Source: Solirubrobacterales bacterium | GTDB taxonomy: Bacteria; Actinomycetota; Thermoleophilia; Solirubrobacterales; 70-9 | Direction: 5' to 3' | Length of the DNA stretch: 64,000 bases | NCBI GenBank assembly: GCA_023958085.1 | Contig: JAMLGI010000011.1 | Coordinates: 2,904 to 66,903, forward strand | Shown here: in pieces, positions 36,750 through 45,773 of the stretch | How positions within the stretch are numbered: position 1 is the first letter of the stretch | How the letters are laid out: the number at the start of each line of letters is the position of its first letter | Notes under the pieces: model-generated | Told to the model about the DNA's origin: nothing | The model's database searches: none | What the model saw: the letters and a program-made list of their open reading frames with translations, nothing else | Position numbers and translations under genes: made by a program

Positions 36750-37736
36750 ATGGGAATTCTCGACGAGGCAATCCGGGAACATCTGGAGCTGAAGCGCCAA
36801 CACGGTGCGGAGGAGAAGGAGATAGAGGGGCTCGAGTCCGAGGCCTTCGGTCCGGCCGACCGCCCGGACGCGGTTGAGCCGGAAACCCGGATCCTCAGCC
36901 CCGAAGAGGCCGCCGGCCAGGCCGCCGGGAAAGTCGAGGGTGAGCTTCCCGCCGATTCCCCTGAAGCATCGGCCACCGCCGGGGAGTCCTTCCCTGTGGT
37001 CAGCCCGCCGGCCCCGGAGCCGACTCCGGAGCCAAGCCCGGCGTCGGAATCATCGGAACCCCCCGCCGCAGAAGCGAAGGCTGCCGCGGAGGCCCCGCCC
37101 GCTCCCGTGAGCGAAGAGGTACCGCCGCCACCCGTGAAGCAGGCCGAAGCCGAACCCACGGCAGAACCGGAACCGGAGATCGTCGAGCCACCCGAGCCCG
37201 AGCTCGAGGGTGACGCCGGTGACATGCTCGAGGCGGAGCGACAGCGACTTTCCAGCCATCCGACCGAGCACTACGACGTCGATGCCGCGATCGCCGAAGA
37301 GGACGAACTGGACGTACTCAGCGAAAGCTCGCTCTCGGACGAGCTCGACCGGGCACTTGAGGGTCCGGCCGAACCGGCCTCGACTGCAGCGCCCGAGCCG
37401 CACTCGGCTGAGGAGCCGGTGACCGCTGAGCCACCGGCGGATCACGCGGAGGAGGACGAGGCGGAAGCCGAGTTCGAGGAGCTGATGGAGACTTCCCCCG
37501 AAGATGAACCGGATGGCCCGGCATCGGAGGAGTTCATCGAGGCAGATGAAGACGACCTGACCGAAGCGGACGAGCCCGCGGATGAAGACGAGCCGGACGA
37601 GGACGATCCCGCCGCCGCCTTCTTCGACCAGGAGGATCCACTCGAAGGCACCCCGGACTTCCTCGAGGAGACGCCCGATCACGACCGTCTCTGGTTCGAG
37701 CAGAAGGAACCAAAGGACTTCGACTTCGGGGACTGA
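36750..37736 (+). CDS. Highly acidic Glu/Asp/Pro/Ala-rich, probably disordered protein with short ordered termini
   Basis: N-terminus MGILDEAIREHLELKRQHGAEEKE and C-terminus ...DHDRLWFEQKEPKDFDFGD. No TM helix or signal peptide. The antisense ORFs look like shadow ORFs. Confidence 0.6.
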   Translation: MGILDEAIREHLELKRQHGAEEKEIEGLESEAFGPADRPDAVEPETRILSPEEAAGQAAGKVEGELPADSPEASATAGESFPVVSPPAPEPTPEPSPASESSEPPAAEAKAAAEAPPAPVSEEVPPPPVKQAEAEPTAEPEPEIVEPPEPELEGDAGDMLEAERQRLSSHPTEHYDVDAAIAEEDELDVLSESSLSDELDRALEGPAEPASTAAPEPHSAEEPVTAEPPADHAEEDEAEAEFEELMETSPEDEPDGPASEEFIEADEDDLTEADEPADEDEPDEDDPAAAFFDQEDPLEGTPDFLEETPDHDRLWFEQKEPKDFDFGD

Positions 37737-37800
37737 GCAGGCCGGTGGGGCCCGCAGGTGTCGTATTGGACATTGGTTGGCCCCACCCCGGGGGTGGTGG

Positions 37801-38661
37801 TCAGATGGGGTGGATCGTCGCAGTGAAGCGGCCGGCGCGTTCGGTCACCTCGATCGGCAGGTCGAAGCAGGCGGAGACCGCCTCCGAGGTGAGGGTCTCC
37901 CCGATCGGTCCGGCGGCCAAAACCCGGGCGTCCCGCAGCAGCAGGGCGTGGGTGGTCGTCGGCGGAATCTCCTCGATGTGGTGGGTCACCGCGACCGTGG
38001 TCAGACCGGGATCCTGCCGGGCCATCTCGCCGAGAGCGGAGATCAGCTGCTCCCGTGAGGGCAGGTCCAGCCCGGCCGCCGCCTCGTCAAGCAGCAGCAG
38101 CCGCGGCTCCGGCATCAGCGCCCGGGCCAGCAGCACCCGTTGTCGTTCACCCTGGGAGCAGTCGCCGAACCCCCGGGTCAGCAGTTCCCGAAGGCCGACG
38201 AGTTCCGCCAGCTGCCCGGCTCGCTCCCGGTGGGATTCGTTGAGCCGCCGACGCTGGATCGCGATGCTGTTGAAGGCTCCGGAGAGGATCGTCTCCAGAA
38301 CCGGTCGCCGGGACGGAATGGTCTGGGCGGTCCTGCTGTCAACCAGGCCGATCCTTTCCCGCAGGGCACGCATGTCGGTTGCCCCAAGGCGTCTACCGAG
38401 CACCTCGACCACTCCTTCCGAGGGGTGCGATTCGGCCGCAGCCAGTCGCAGCAGGGTGGTCTTGCCGGCCCCGTTCGGTCCCATCACCGCCCAGTGCTCC
38501 CCGGGATCCACCCGCCACTCGACCCCGTGGAGCAGGGTCACCCGCTGCCCCAGCGCAACGGACCAGCGGAAGACCTCGACTCTCCTGGCCCGGATCACGG
38601 AACCGTCATCAGGGTCGTTCGGACCGGTGGCCAGAGCTCCGGATAGATCCTCGATCGCCAT
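37801..38661 (-). CDS. Stand-alone ABC-type ATPase with no adjacent permease (ModF/YlmA-like)
   Basis: Walker A GPNGAGKTT, signature SQGERQ and Walker B LLLLDE. The start was moved to ATG 38661 because ORF start 38748 overlaps tRNA-Ala. Confidence 0.85.
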   Translation of the reverse strand: MAIEDLSGALATGPNDPDDGSVIRARRVEVFRWSVALGQRVTLLHGVEWRVDPGEHWAVMGPNGAGKTTLLRLAAAESHPSEGVVEVLGRRLGATDMRALRERIGLVDSRTAQTIPSRRPVLETILSGAFNSIAIQRRRLNESHRERAGQLAELVGLRELLTRGFGDCSQGERQRVLLARALMPEPRLLLLDEAAAGLDLPSREQLISALGEMARQDPGLTTVAVTHHIEEIPPTTTHALLLRDARVLAAGPIGETLTSEAVSACFDLPIEVTERAGRFTATIHPI

Positions 38662-38740
38662 CAGGGGCACGCTATCGCCCGGTCCCCCTGCCCGGCCGAT
38701 CCGGCGGACACGGCAACCCCTACAATCGGGGGCCGCTCCT

Positions 38741-38813
38741 GGGGCCATAGCTCAGTTGGCAGAGCGCCTGCTTTGCAAGCAGGAGGTCGCCGGTTCGATC
38801 CCGGCTGGCTCCA
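38741..38813 (+). tRNA. tRNA-Ala (anticodon TGC)
   Basis: Acceptor GGGGCCA/TGGCTCC with G3:U70, anticodon loop TTTGCAA, T-arm GCCGG-TTCGATC-CCGGC. CCA is not encoded. Confidence 0.92.
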
Positions 38814-39143
38814 TTCAGCGGAAACATAGGTATAAAGCCAAATAATGGTCCCTTTGACCGTGGCGACTCTGCCAAGCGGCCGGACGGCGTACCGCAGGGA
38901 TGTGCCAAACGGCCCCGGTTTCGGTCCGTTTTCGCTGTTTGAGAGGATGCCGGGGAAGCTCGTTCGGGCGATCCGGCCGCGTGGCCGCGCCTACCGCAAG
39001 TAGAGCCCTTCCGACTCTTCGCCCTCGCACGTCACAGCGGTCTGTTGGCTCGGGCAGATCAGGCCAATCCCCTGATCGCCAGTCCTCAACGTGTGAGGCA
39101 TACGATCGCTTTCGGGCGCTTGCTTTCGTGCCGAAGTGCGAGC

Positions 39144-39149
39144 TATTCT
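39144..39149 (+). promoter_or_regulatory. -10-like TATTCT placed 6 nt before the vapB-1 ATG (leaderless-type arrangement)
   Basis: TANNNT hexamer, then 6 nt, then ATG 39156. There is no Shine-Dalgarno sequence before this ATG. Confidence 0.35.
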
Positions 39150-39155
39150 TTACCT

Positions 39156-39425
39156 ATGGGCAAGAATGTAAAGGAAAGCAGTGGTCGGATGGGCCGGCCG
39201 CGTGATCGCACCAGGGTTTCCAGCAAGCACCAGGTGACGATCCCCTCTGGCGCGTTTCGCACCGCCGGACTTGAGGCTGGCGACACGCTGCGAGTGGAGG
39301 CCCAGGGCGCGGGTCAGATCGTGCTCACCAGGGTCGATGAGCTGGCCGATCGCTATTCCGGTTGCCTCGACACCGGCGGCGGGCTGCGGGCGCAGCGGGA
39401 CAGGTTGCGTCGCGAGTGGCGGTAG
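39156..39425 (+). CDS. vapB: AbrB/SpoVT-fold antitoxin (VapB-like)
   Basis: ...SSKHQVTIPSGAFRTAGLEAGDTLRVEAQGAGQIVLTR swapped-hairpin motif. An alternative ATG lies at 39189. Confidence 0.7.
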   Translation: MGKNVKESSGRMGRPRDRTRVSSKHQVTIPSGAFRTAGLEAGDTLRVEAQGAGQIVLTRVDELADRYSGCLDTGGGLRAQRDRLRREWR

Positions 39426-39829
39426 CGCTCGACTCCAACGTTGTGATCGGCTTTCTCGATCGCTCTGACGGGTTCCACCATGCCGCCGATAAGACCATCC
39501 GGGAGTTGTTGGCAAGTGAGCAGCTTGTCGTGTCGGCTGTCACCTACGCCGAGGTGCTTACCGGTGCTCGTCTCGGCCACCACGATGAGGATGTCGTGAA
39601 GGGATTCTTCGCCGATTTGATCTCACGCATCATTCCGGTCGATGTCGCGGTCGGGGACGCTGCAGCTCGCATCCGCGCCGGAGCCAAGGCGCTCGCGATG
39701 CCCGATGCCTTGGTCGCAGCCACAGCCGAACTCGACCCCGAGGTCGAGCTGCTCCTCACCGCCGACGAGGACATGGCCAAACTGAAGCATCTCGACTGCC
39801 CGCTGCGGCTCCTCTCCCCGGACGGCTGA
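39416..39829 (+). CDS. vapC: PIN-domain toxin (VapC-like)
   Basis: VALDSNVVIGFLD (first acidic residue), ...TYAEV..G... and ...PDALVAATA... The GTG start overlaps the vapB end by 10 nt. Confidence 0.8.
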   Translation: MAVALDSNVVIGFLDRSDGFHHAADKTIRELLASEQLVVSAVTYAEVLTGARLGHHDEDVVKGFFADLISRIIPVDVAVGDAAARIRAGAKALAMPDALVAATAELDPEVELLLTADEDMAKLKHLDCPLRLLSPDG

Positions 39830-40025
39830 CCGGCTCACTCTCCGGTGGTGAACCGGTGGGTCTGGAAGTCCGCTCGGGACGTTCGGACGCTCGATTCGCA
39901 TCTGGCTTGCCGTCGTGTACGGGTGCCGCAAACCGCAACGTGGGAGGAACCCGGGTTTGAGGGGACGCCGGACTCACGGCCACCGTTGAGACCATCCGTC
40001 CGCTTGAAACTGGCAGGATGGCGGG

Positions 40026-40826
40026 GTGATGACAGATGGGGACGGAGCGGAGAGCGGACGCCCGGAGCAGGGGCGATCCGGGCGGCTGGCCCGCACGGTC
40101 GGCCGGACCTACCTGGAGGTCCTCCGGGCCTACCGGAGGTGGTGGACCCGGATTCTTCCCCTCGCCGCCCTGATCTTCATTCCGATCAGTCTGCTGGATG
40201 CGACCCTGGAGCGCGCGGCGGATGCCCTCGGTCCGGAGCATTACGACCATGCGTTTGAGGGAATCGGGCTGATTCTCGGGGTGCTGGTCGGAGCCGCGTC
40301 CTCCCTGCTCGGCGAGGTGCTGCTTGCCGGCATGATCTCGCTCACCCTGGCCGGCAGCGCCACCGGCGAAGTACCCTCGATCGGCCGCATTGCCCGTCAT
40401 CTCAAGTACGGCCGCCTGATTCTGCTGGACGTCGCCTTCACCCTGTTAGTCGTGGCCGGAATAATTCTGCTGATCGTTCCGGGGCTCCTGCTCTACATCA
40501 TGCTGGGTCTGGCCGGTCCGGTGGTGGAACTTGAACAACGCCGGATCGTGGCAGCGTTCCGGCGCAGTGCCCAGTTGGTCCGACGGGATTTCTGGCTGGT
40601 CGTCTGGGTGTTGATCCCGATCGAGATCTTCACCAATCAGGTCACCAGTGCCATCGAGCATCTCGCGGTCGAGGTGTTCGGTCACCACTCGTTGATCACG
40701 AAGCTGGCCGAGGTCGTCCCCGAGGTTCTGTTCGGCCCCCTGTTCGCAGTCGCGGCCGTACTGCTCACCCTCCGGCTTTCGGCGCTCGATGGCGAGGTGG
40801 CCCCGGCGCAGCCAGAGTCAGTGTGA
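40026..40826 (+). CDS. Polytopic membrane protein of unknown function
   Basis: About 6 hydrophobic helices and no recognisable catalytic motif. Confidence 0.6.
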   Translation: MMTDGDGAESGRPEQGRSGRLARTVGRTYLEVLRAYRRWWTRILPLAALIFIPISLLDATLERAADALGPEHYDHAFEGIGLILGVLVGAASSLLGEVLLAGMISLTLAGSATGEVPSIGRIARHLKYGRLILLDVAFTLLVVAGIILLIVPGLLLYIMLGLAGPVVELEQRRIVAAFRRSAQLVRRDFWLVVWVLIPIEIFTNQVTSAIEHLAVEVFGHHSLITKLAEVVPEVLFGPLFAVAAVLLTLRLSALDGEVAPAQPESV

Positions 40827-42395
40827 TCGCGGCCGAACCAGCCGACTCGTCAGGGTCCGGTTCACGGGAGAACCGTCGTCCCCGACCGCGGTCACCCGGA
40901 CCGTCAGGGTCACCCTTCGACCGTTCCGGAGGGAACTCCAGAGCAGCTTCATCCGGCGGCGCGGGATCTCGACCCGCACCGTGATGGTCCGGGCCGCCGA
41001 GAGTCGCCACTGGCCCCGGCCGAGTGCCGCTACCGATCGTCCCCGCACCTTTACCGACCCCTTCACGTTGACCGTGCAGGCGAGCGAACACTTGAGCCGC
41101 AGCGGAATCTGCTGCCGCAGCATCTGCCGCTGCTTCAGCGAGAAGAAGTAACGGGTGGGTGGCGGCGCGATCGGGCAGCCACCGGTAGCAGTGGTCCCGG
41201 CGATCCGGTACACGGTTTGATCGGTGACCGCGTAGACACAGCCGCGGGAATCCTCCCCGAACGAAACCAGCATTCCGTCCGGCACCGAGAGACCGACCGC
41301 CCGGCGATCCCCGCCCGGGGTGTCGAGATCGAGACTGTCGAGCGTGCCGCCGCAGAAATCCCCGAACAGGTAGCGGCCGGTGAGTGAGCCGAGCCCGGAA
41401 TCACGGGCGACATAACCACCGATGATCGCGCAGCGTCCGCTGTCGTGGGTCGGGTAGCTGTAGATCGGGGCCTGGTAGTTCGGTGGGGGCCCGACCTCCT
41501 CCCAGCAGGAGTTGCCCTCGCAGATCGGCCAGCCCATGTTCCGGCCTTTCAGCGTGCCCACGTTCACCTCCTCCAGGTCACTCTGCCCGACGTCGGCGAC
41601 CACCAGCCGCCCGTCGGGAGCGAACGAGGCCCGGAACGGGTTGCGGAGACCGTAGGTCCAGATCTCCCCCCGCCGGCCGTTCTGCCCGACGAACGGGTTG
41701 TCCCCCGGAATCGAGTAGCTCGCCGGCCCGGCCGGATCAGCCGGATCGATCCGGAGGATCTTGCCCAGCAGGTTGCCGAGATCCTGGGAGTTGTCCGGCT
41801 CGGCGTTCTCCCCGATCGAGATGTAAAGCCGGTTGTCGGGGCCAAAACCGATCCAGCCGCCGTTGTGATTGCCGGCGCTGTGCCGAACCCTCAGCACCAG
41901 CCGGGCCGAGTTCGGATCGGCCCGGTTCGGGTCTCCGGCCGAACGCTGGAACTCCACGATCCGGATGTCCCCCTCCTGGCCCGACGGGTCGATCGAGTCG
42001 GGGCCGTCGCCGGTGTAGAAGACGTAGAAGCGACCGTTGACCGCGTACTCCGGGTCGAAGGCGAAGGAGAGCAAGCCACGTTCGAAGACCGAGTTGACCC
42101 CGTCCAGTTCAAGAAACGGCTGGGGGAGCCGCTGGCCGTCCCTGACCACGAAGATCCGGGCTTCACCGCCGTCGCCGCGGGTGCTGATGAACACCCGGCC
42201 TTCCGGGTCGTGGGGTGGTGCAGTCAGGAAACTCGCGTTCGAGACGTTCTGGTCCTCCGGCAGCACTCGAACCAGTGAGGCTCCGCTGGCCGCCCCCGCC
42301 AGCCAGAGCCAGCCCAGCAGCACCCCTGCAAGTACAAATCGTTTCACCGCGCGATTGTAAGTCACGATGCCGTAAAGACCCGCGCCGAGGCCCAT
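40818..42395 (-). CDS. Secreted PQQ-dependent sugar (glucose/sorbosone) dehydrogenase-like beta-propeller with a basic C-terminal beta-rich extension
   Basis: Signal peptide. HNGG, ...GENAEPDNSQD...LGKILRIDP and RNPFR motifs match the SGDH family. Its 3' end overlaps the convergent gene by 9 nt. Confidence 0.72.
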   Translation of the reverse strand: MGLGAGLYGIVTYNRAVKRFVLAGVLLGWLWLAGAASGASLVRVLPEDQNVSNASFLTAPPHDPEGRVFISTRGDGGEARIFVVRDGQRLPQPFLELDGVNSVFERGLLSFAFDPEYAVNGRFYVFYTGDGPDSIDPSGQEGDIRIVEFQRSAGDPNRADPNSARLVLRVRHSAGNHNGGWIGFGPDNRLYISIGENAEPDNSQDLGNLLGKILRIDPADPAGPASYSIPGDNPFVGQNGRRGEIWTYGLRNPFRASFAPDGRLVVADVGQSDLEEVNVGTLKGRNMGWPICEGNSCWEEVGPPPNYQAPIYSYPTHDSGRCAIIGGYVARDSGLGSLTGRYLFGDFCGGTLDSLDLDTPGGDRRAVGLSVPDGMLVSFGEDSRGCVYAVTDQTVYRIAGTTATGGCPIAPPPTRYFFSLKQRQMLRQQIPLRLKCSLACTVNVKGSVKVRGRSVAALGRGQWRLSAARTITVRVEIPRRRMKLLWSSLRNGRRVTLTVRVTAVGDDGSPVNRTLTSRLVRPRSH

Positions 42396-42429
42396 GGTTT
42401 CGGTTGCGCCCCGGACCCCGGGACCGCCC

Positions 42430-43023
42430 TCAGGTCGAGAGCGAGTAGACGGCCCTCTCGGCCAGCAGGTTCGGGGCGAGCCGGGTGTGGCGTCCGGTGC
42501 GGCGGCCGTCGGCCCCGACCGGAATCATCCGTTCCACCTTCAGGTCCAGGTCCCGGACCAGCCGCTCGAAGTCCCGGAGGGTGCAGAGATGGATATTCGG
42601 GGTGTCGTACCACTCGTAGGGCAGGGTCGGGGTGACCGGCATGTGACCGCGCAGAGTGAGATCGCGACGCAGACGCCAGTGACCGAAGTTCGGCAGGGAG
42701 ACGATCAGCCGGGGGGCGACCCGCTTCATCTGGGAGAGCACGTCGTCCGGGTGCTTGACCGCCTGCAGGGTGAGTGAAAGCACCGCCCAGTCGAAGGCGT
42801 CGTTGTCGATCCGGTGAAGTTCCTGCTCGAGATCACCGTGGGTCACCGGCACCCCGCGGCCAATGCATTCATGGAAGTCCTCGAGGTCGTTCTCCACCCC
42901 GAGTCCCCGGCAGCCCTGCCGTTCGATCAGGGCCTCCAGCAGGGCTCCGTTGCCGCAGCCGAGGTCGAGCACCCGCACGTCACGGCCGATCATCGCGGCG
43001 ACTATGTCGAGGTCGGGGCGCAC
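42430..43023 (-). CDS. metW: Methionine biosynthesis protein MetW
   Basis: RVLDLGCGNGALLEAL SAM-methyltransferase-like motif, about 197 aa, directly downstream of metX. Confidence 0.85.
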   Translation of the reverse strand: MRPDLDIVAAMIGRDVRVLDLGCGNGALLEALIERQGCRGLGVENDLEDFHECIGRGVPVTHGDLEQELHRIDNDAFDWAVLSLTLQAVKHPDDVLSQMKRVAPRLIVSLPNFGHWRLRRDLTLRGHMPVTPTLPYEWYDTPNIHLCTLRDFERLVRDLDLKVERMIPVGADGRRTGRHTRLAPNLLAERAVYSLST

Positions 43024-43035
43024 CGCCCCATCCTT

Positions 43036-44190
43036 TCAGGCCGGACCCGGCCCGGCGCCGGCCAGCCGGTCGAGAAAACGGGCGACCGTCCGGTGATACT
43101 CGGGCGGGTCGGCGAACAGGAAGGAGTCGTGGCCGTGCGGGGAGGAGATCTCCTGGAAGGTGACCGCAGCTCCGGCCCCCCTCAGTTCGCTGGCCATCAC
43201 CCGGGCGTGTTCCGGGGAGAAGCGCCAGTCGGAGTCGAAGGAGAGCACCAGGAAGGAGGTCTCGCTGCCGGCCAGCTGCCGCTGGATGTGGGCCGGGTCG
43301 GAGAACGGGTCGAAGTAGTCCATCACCCGGCCGAGGTAGAGGTAGGTGTTCGCATCGAAGCGGTCGACGAAGGACTGGCCCTGGTAGTGAAGGTAGCTCT
43401 CGACCTGGAAGTCGACGTCGAAGCCGTACCGGGGCAGGTCGGCATCCTGGATCCGACGGCCGAACTTCTCCCGCATCGACTGTTCCGAGAGGTAGGTGAT
43501 GTGACCGATCATCCGGGCCAGGGCGAGGCCCCGGTCCGGTCCGCGCTCGTTCTCGTAGTAGTCGCCGCCGGCGAAGTCCGGGTCCCGCATGATCGCCTCA
43601 CGGGCGACCGCGGTGAAGGCGATGTTCTGGGCACTGAGCCGGGCCGAGGCGGCGACCAGCACCGCCCCCTTGACCTCGTCGGGATGATCGATCGCCCACT
43701 GCAGCGCCTGCATCCCCCCGAGTGAACCGCCGACCGCGGCCAGCAGCCGCTCGATCCCGAGCTCGGCCAGCAGCGCCCGGTGGACGTTGACCAGATCACG
43801 CACCTGGACCAGCGGAAAGCGCAGGCCCCACGGCCTGCCGGTCTCCGGGTTGATCGAGGAGGGGCCGGTGGTGCCCTTGCAGCCGCCGAGCACGTTGGCG
43901 CAGATCACGAAGAAACGGTCGGTGTCGAGCGGCCGTCCCGGGCCGACGATGTTGTCCCACCAGCCGGGTCGCTTCGGATCGTCACCGGCATGGAGACCGG
44001 CGGCATGGGCGTCGCCGGAAAGTGCGTGGCAGATGAAGACCGCGTTGGAACGGTCGGCGTTCAGTTCCCCGTAGGTCTCGTAGGCGACCTCGACCGGGCC
44101 GAGCTCGGCGCCGGAAACGAGCCTCAGCGGGCGATCGCCGTCAAAGACGACCGCCCGCCTGAGCTCGACTGTTCCGACGCCGTCGGCCAA
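43036..44190 (-). CDS. metX: Homoserine O-acetyltransferase
   Basis: Alpha/beta-hydrolase with GGSLGGMQALQW nucleophile elbow and ...SFDSDWRF. Confidence 0.9.
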   Translation of the reverse strand: MADGVGTVELRRAVVFDGDRPLRLVSGAELGPVEVAYETYGELNADRSNAVFICHALSGDAHAAGLHAGDDPKRPGWWDNIVGPGRPLDTDRFFVICANVLGGCKGTTGPSSINPETGRPWGLRFPLVQVRDLVNVHRALLAELGIERLLAAVGGSLGGMQALQWAIDHPDEVKGAVLVAASARLSAQNIAFTAVAREAIMRDPDFAGGDYYENERGPDRGLALARMIGHITYLSEQSMREKFGRRIQDADLPRYGFDVDFQVESYLHYQGQSFVDRFDANTYLYLGRVMDYFDPFSDPAHIQRQLAGSETSFLVLSFDSDWRFSPEHARVMASELRGAGAAVTFQEISSPHGHDSFLFADPPEYHRTVARFLDRLAGAGPGPA

Positions 44191-44199
44191 GGGTCCCGC

Positions 44200-45495
44200 C
44201 TACTTGGCCTTTTCCAGCGCCTGGTCGATGTCGGCGAGGATGTCCCCGATCGACTCGATCCCGACCGAGAGTCGAACCATGTCCGGGGTGACCCCGGCGC
44301 TGTCCAGCTCGGCGTCGTTGAGCTGCGAGTGGGTGGTGGTCGCCGGGTGGATCGCCAGCGACTTGGCGTCACCGATGTTGGCGACGTGGGAGAACATCTC
44401 CAGCGAGTCGATGAACTTGCGGCCCGCCTCGCGGCCACCCTCGACCCCGAATGCGACCAGCGCGCTGGCCCCGTTGGGCAGAACCTTCTTGCCGGTCTCG
44501 TAGCCGGGGCTGCCTTCGAGTCCCGGGTAGGAAACCCAGGTCACGCCCGCGTGATCCTTGAGATGTTTCGCCACGGCGAGAGCGTTCTCGGAGTGACGCT
44601 CCATCCGGAGCGGCAGGGTCTGGATCCCCTGCAGCAGCAGGAAGGCGTTGAACGGGGAGAGCGCCGCACCCATGTTGCGAAGCAGCACGGTGCGGACCCG
44701 GCCGATGTAGGCCGCCGGGCCGAGCGCGTCGCTCCAGACCACCCCGTGGTAGGACGGGTCGGGCTGGGTGAGACCGGGGAAACGGTCAGCGTGGGCGGGC
44801 CAGTCGAAGCTGCCGGCATCCACGATCAGGCCGCCGAGCGTGGTTCCGAAACCGCCGATGAACTTGGTCGCCGAGTGAACCGCGATGTCGGCCCCGAGAC
44901 CGAACACATCGGCCAGCACCGGGGTGCCGACCGTGTTGTCGATCACCAGCGGCAGACCCTCGGCGTGGGCGGCGTTGGCCCAGGCTTCGACGTCGAGCAC
45001 GTTCAGCCGCGGGTTGCCGATCGTCTCGCCGAAAACCAGACGGGTCTTCTCGTCGACCAGTCCGGCCAGTTCCTCCGGCCTGTCCGGGTCGGCGAAGCGG
45101 ACCTCGATCCCGTACTGCGGCAGGGTGTGGGCGAACAGGTTGTAGGTGCCGCCGTAGATGGTCGAGGTGGAGACGATGTTGTCACCGGACCTGGCGACGT
45201 TCAGCACCGAGTAGGTGACTGCGGCCTGGCCCGAGGCGAGCGCCAGTGCTGCGACCCCTCCCTGAAGGGCGGCGATCCGTTCCTCCAGCACGTTCCAGGT
45301 CGGGTTCATGATCCGGGTGTAGATGTTGCCCGGCTCGGCCAGGGCAAAAAGATCCTGGGCGTGCTGGGCGTCGTCGAACTCGAAGGCGACGGTCTGGTAG
45401 ATCGGCACCGCCAGGGCGTTGGTCGCCGGATCGGGCGCGTGCCCCGCCCGGATCGCGTTGGTTGCAGCTCCGAAACTCTTCTCTTCTGCGCTCAT
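44200..45495 (-). CDS. metY: O-acetylhomoserine sulfhydrylase (PLP-dependent)
   Basis: ...HSATKFIGG (PLP lysine), and a C-terminal ...GDAKSLAIHPATTTHSQL. Confidence 0.9.
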   Translation of the reverse strand: MSAEEKSFGAATNAIRAGHAPDPATNALAVPIYQTVAFEFDDAQHAQDLFALAEPGNIYTRIMNPTWNVLEERIAALQGGVAALALASGQAAVTYSVLNVARSGDNIVSTSTIYGGTYNLFAHTLPQYGIEVRFADPDRPEELAGLVDEKTRLVFGETIGNPRLNVLDVEAWANAAHAEGLPLVIDNTVGTPVLADVFGLGADIAVHSATKFIGGFGTTLGGLIVDAGSFDWPAHADRFPGLTQPDPSYHGVVWSDALGPAAYIGRVRTVLLRNMGAALSPFNAFLLLQGIQTLPLRMERHSENALAVAKHLKDHAGVTWVSYPGLEGSPGYETGKKVLPNGASALVAFGVEGGREAGRKFIDSLEMFSHVANIGDAKSLAIHPATTTHSQLNDAELDSAGVTPDMVRLSVGIESIGDILADIDQALEKAK

Positions 45496-45640
45496 CTGTC
45501 TCCTTTTCTGATCTCAGCGCCGTCGCCCTGAGTCTTTCACTCGTCCGGCCGCCGCCGCCGTTTCACCCGAAGGCAGGTCGGCGGAAAACAAACCTCTGAA
45601 AACGGATAGGAATACTAGGGTATTTACCGGTTCGAGGTCA
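45496..45640 (-). promoter_or_regulatory. Long candidate 5' leader of metYXW with an RBS-proximal hairpin; no known riboswitch recognised
   Basis: Minus-strand CTGACC-N18-TAGTAT (TAGTAT is the complement of 45612-45617). Hairpin CTCAG-N10-CTGAG (45513-45532) sits next to the AAAGGAG RBS. The local GC content drops. Confidence 0.3.
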
Positions 45641-45773
45641 GAGGAGTAACCGCGGTCAGTGGAATTAGGCTGACCAAAGGAAAAACGGGCGGCCAAACTC
45701 CGGGTCGGGAGCGTAGGATGAACATCCGTGAGAGCCCTCGTCCATTCACCTGTCACGGTCGCGGAGTCATCCG

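Noticed and set aside
38662-38748. Upstream 29 codons of the ABC ATPase ORF
   Set aside because: They would overlap tRNA-Ala(TGC) by 8 nt. The internal Met (MAIEDLSG...) gives a normal ABC ATPase N-terminus.
38814-40025. Genomic island or prophage remnant integrated at tRNA-Ala(TGC)
   Set aside because: There is no integrase, no phage genes and no direct repeat of the tRNA 3' end downstream. Only a vapBC cassette and AT-richer spacers are present, so it is reported as a low-interest observation rather than a mobile element.
45496-45640. SAM-I / SAM-IV / SAM-II/V/VI riboswitch upstream of metY
   Set aside because: The conserved cores of these classes, as I remember them, were not found on the met strand. 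The region is kept only as an unexplained long leader.
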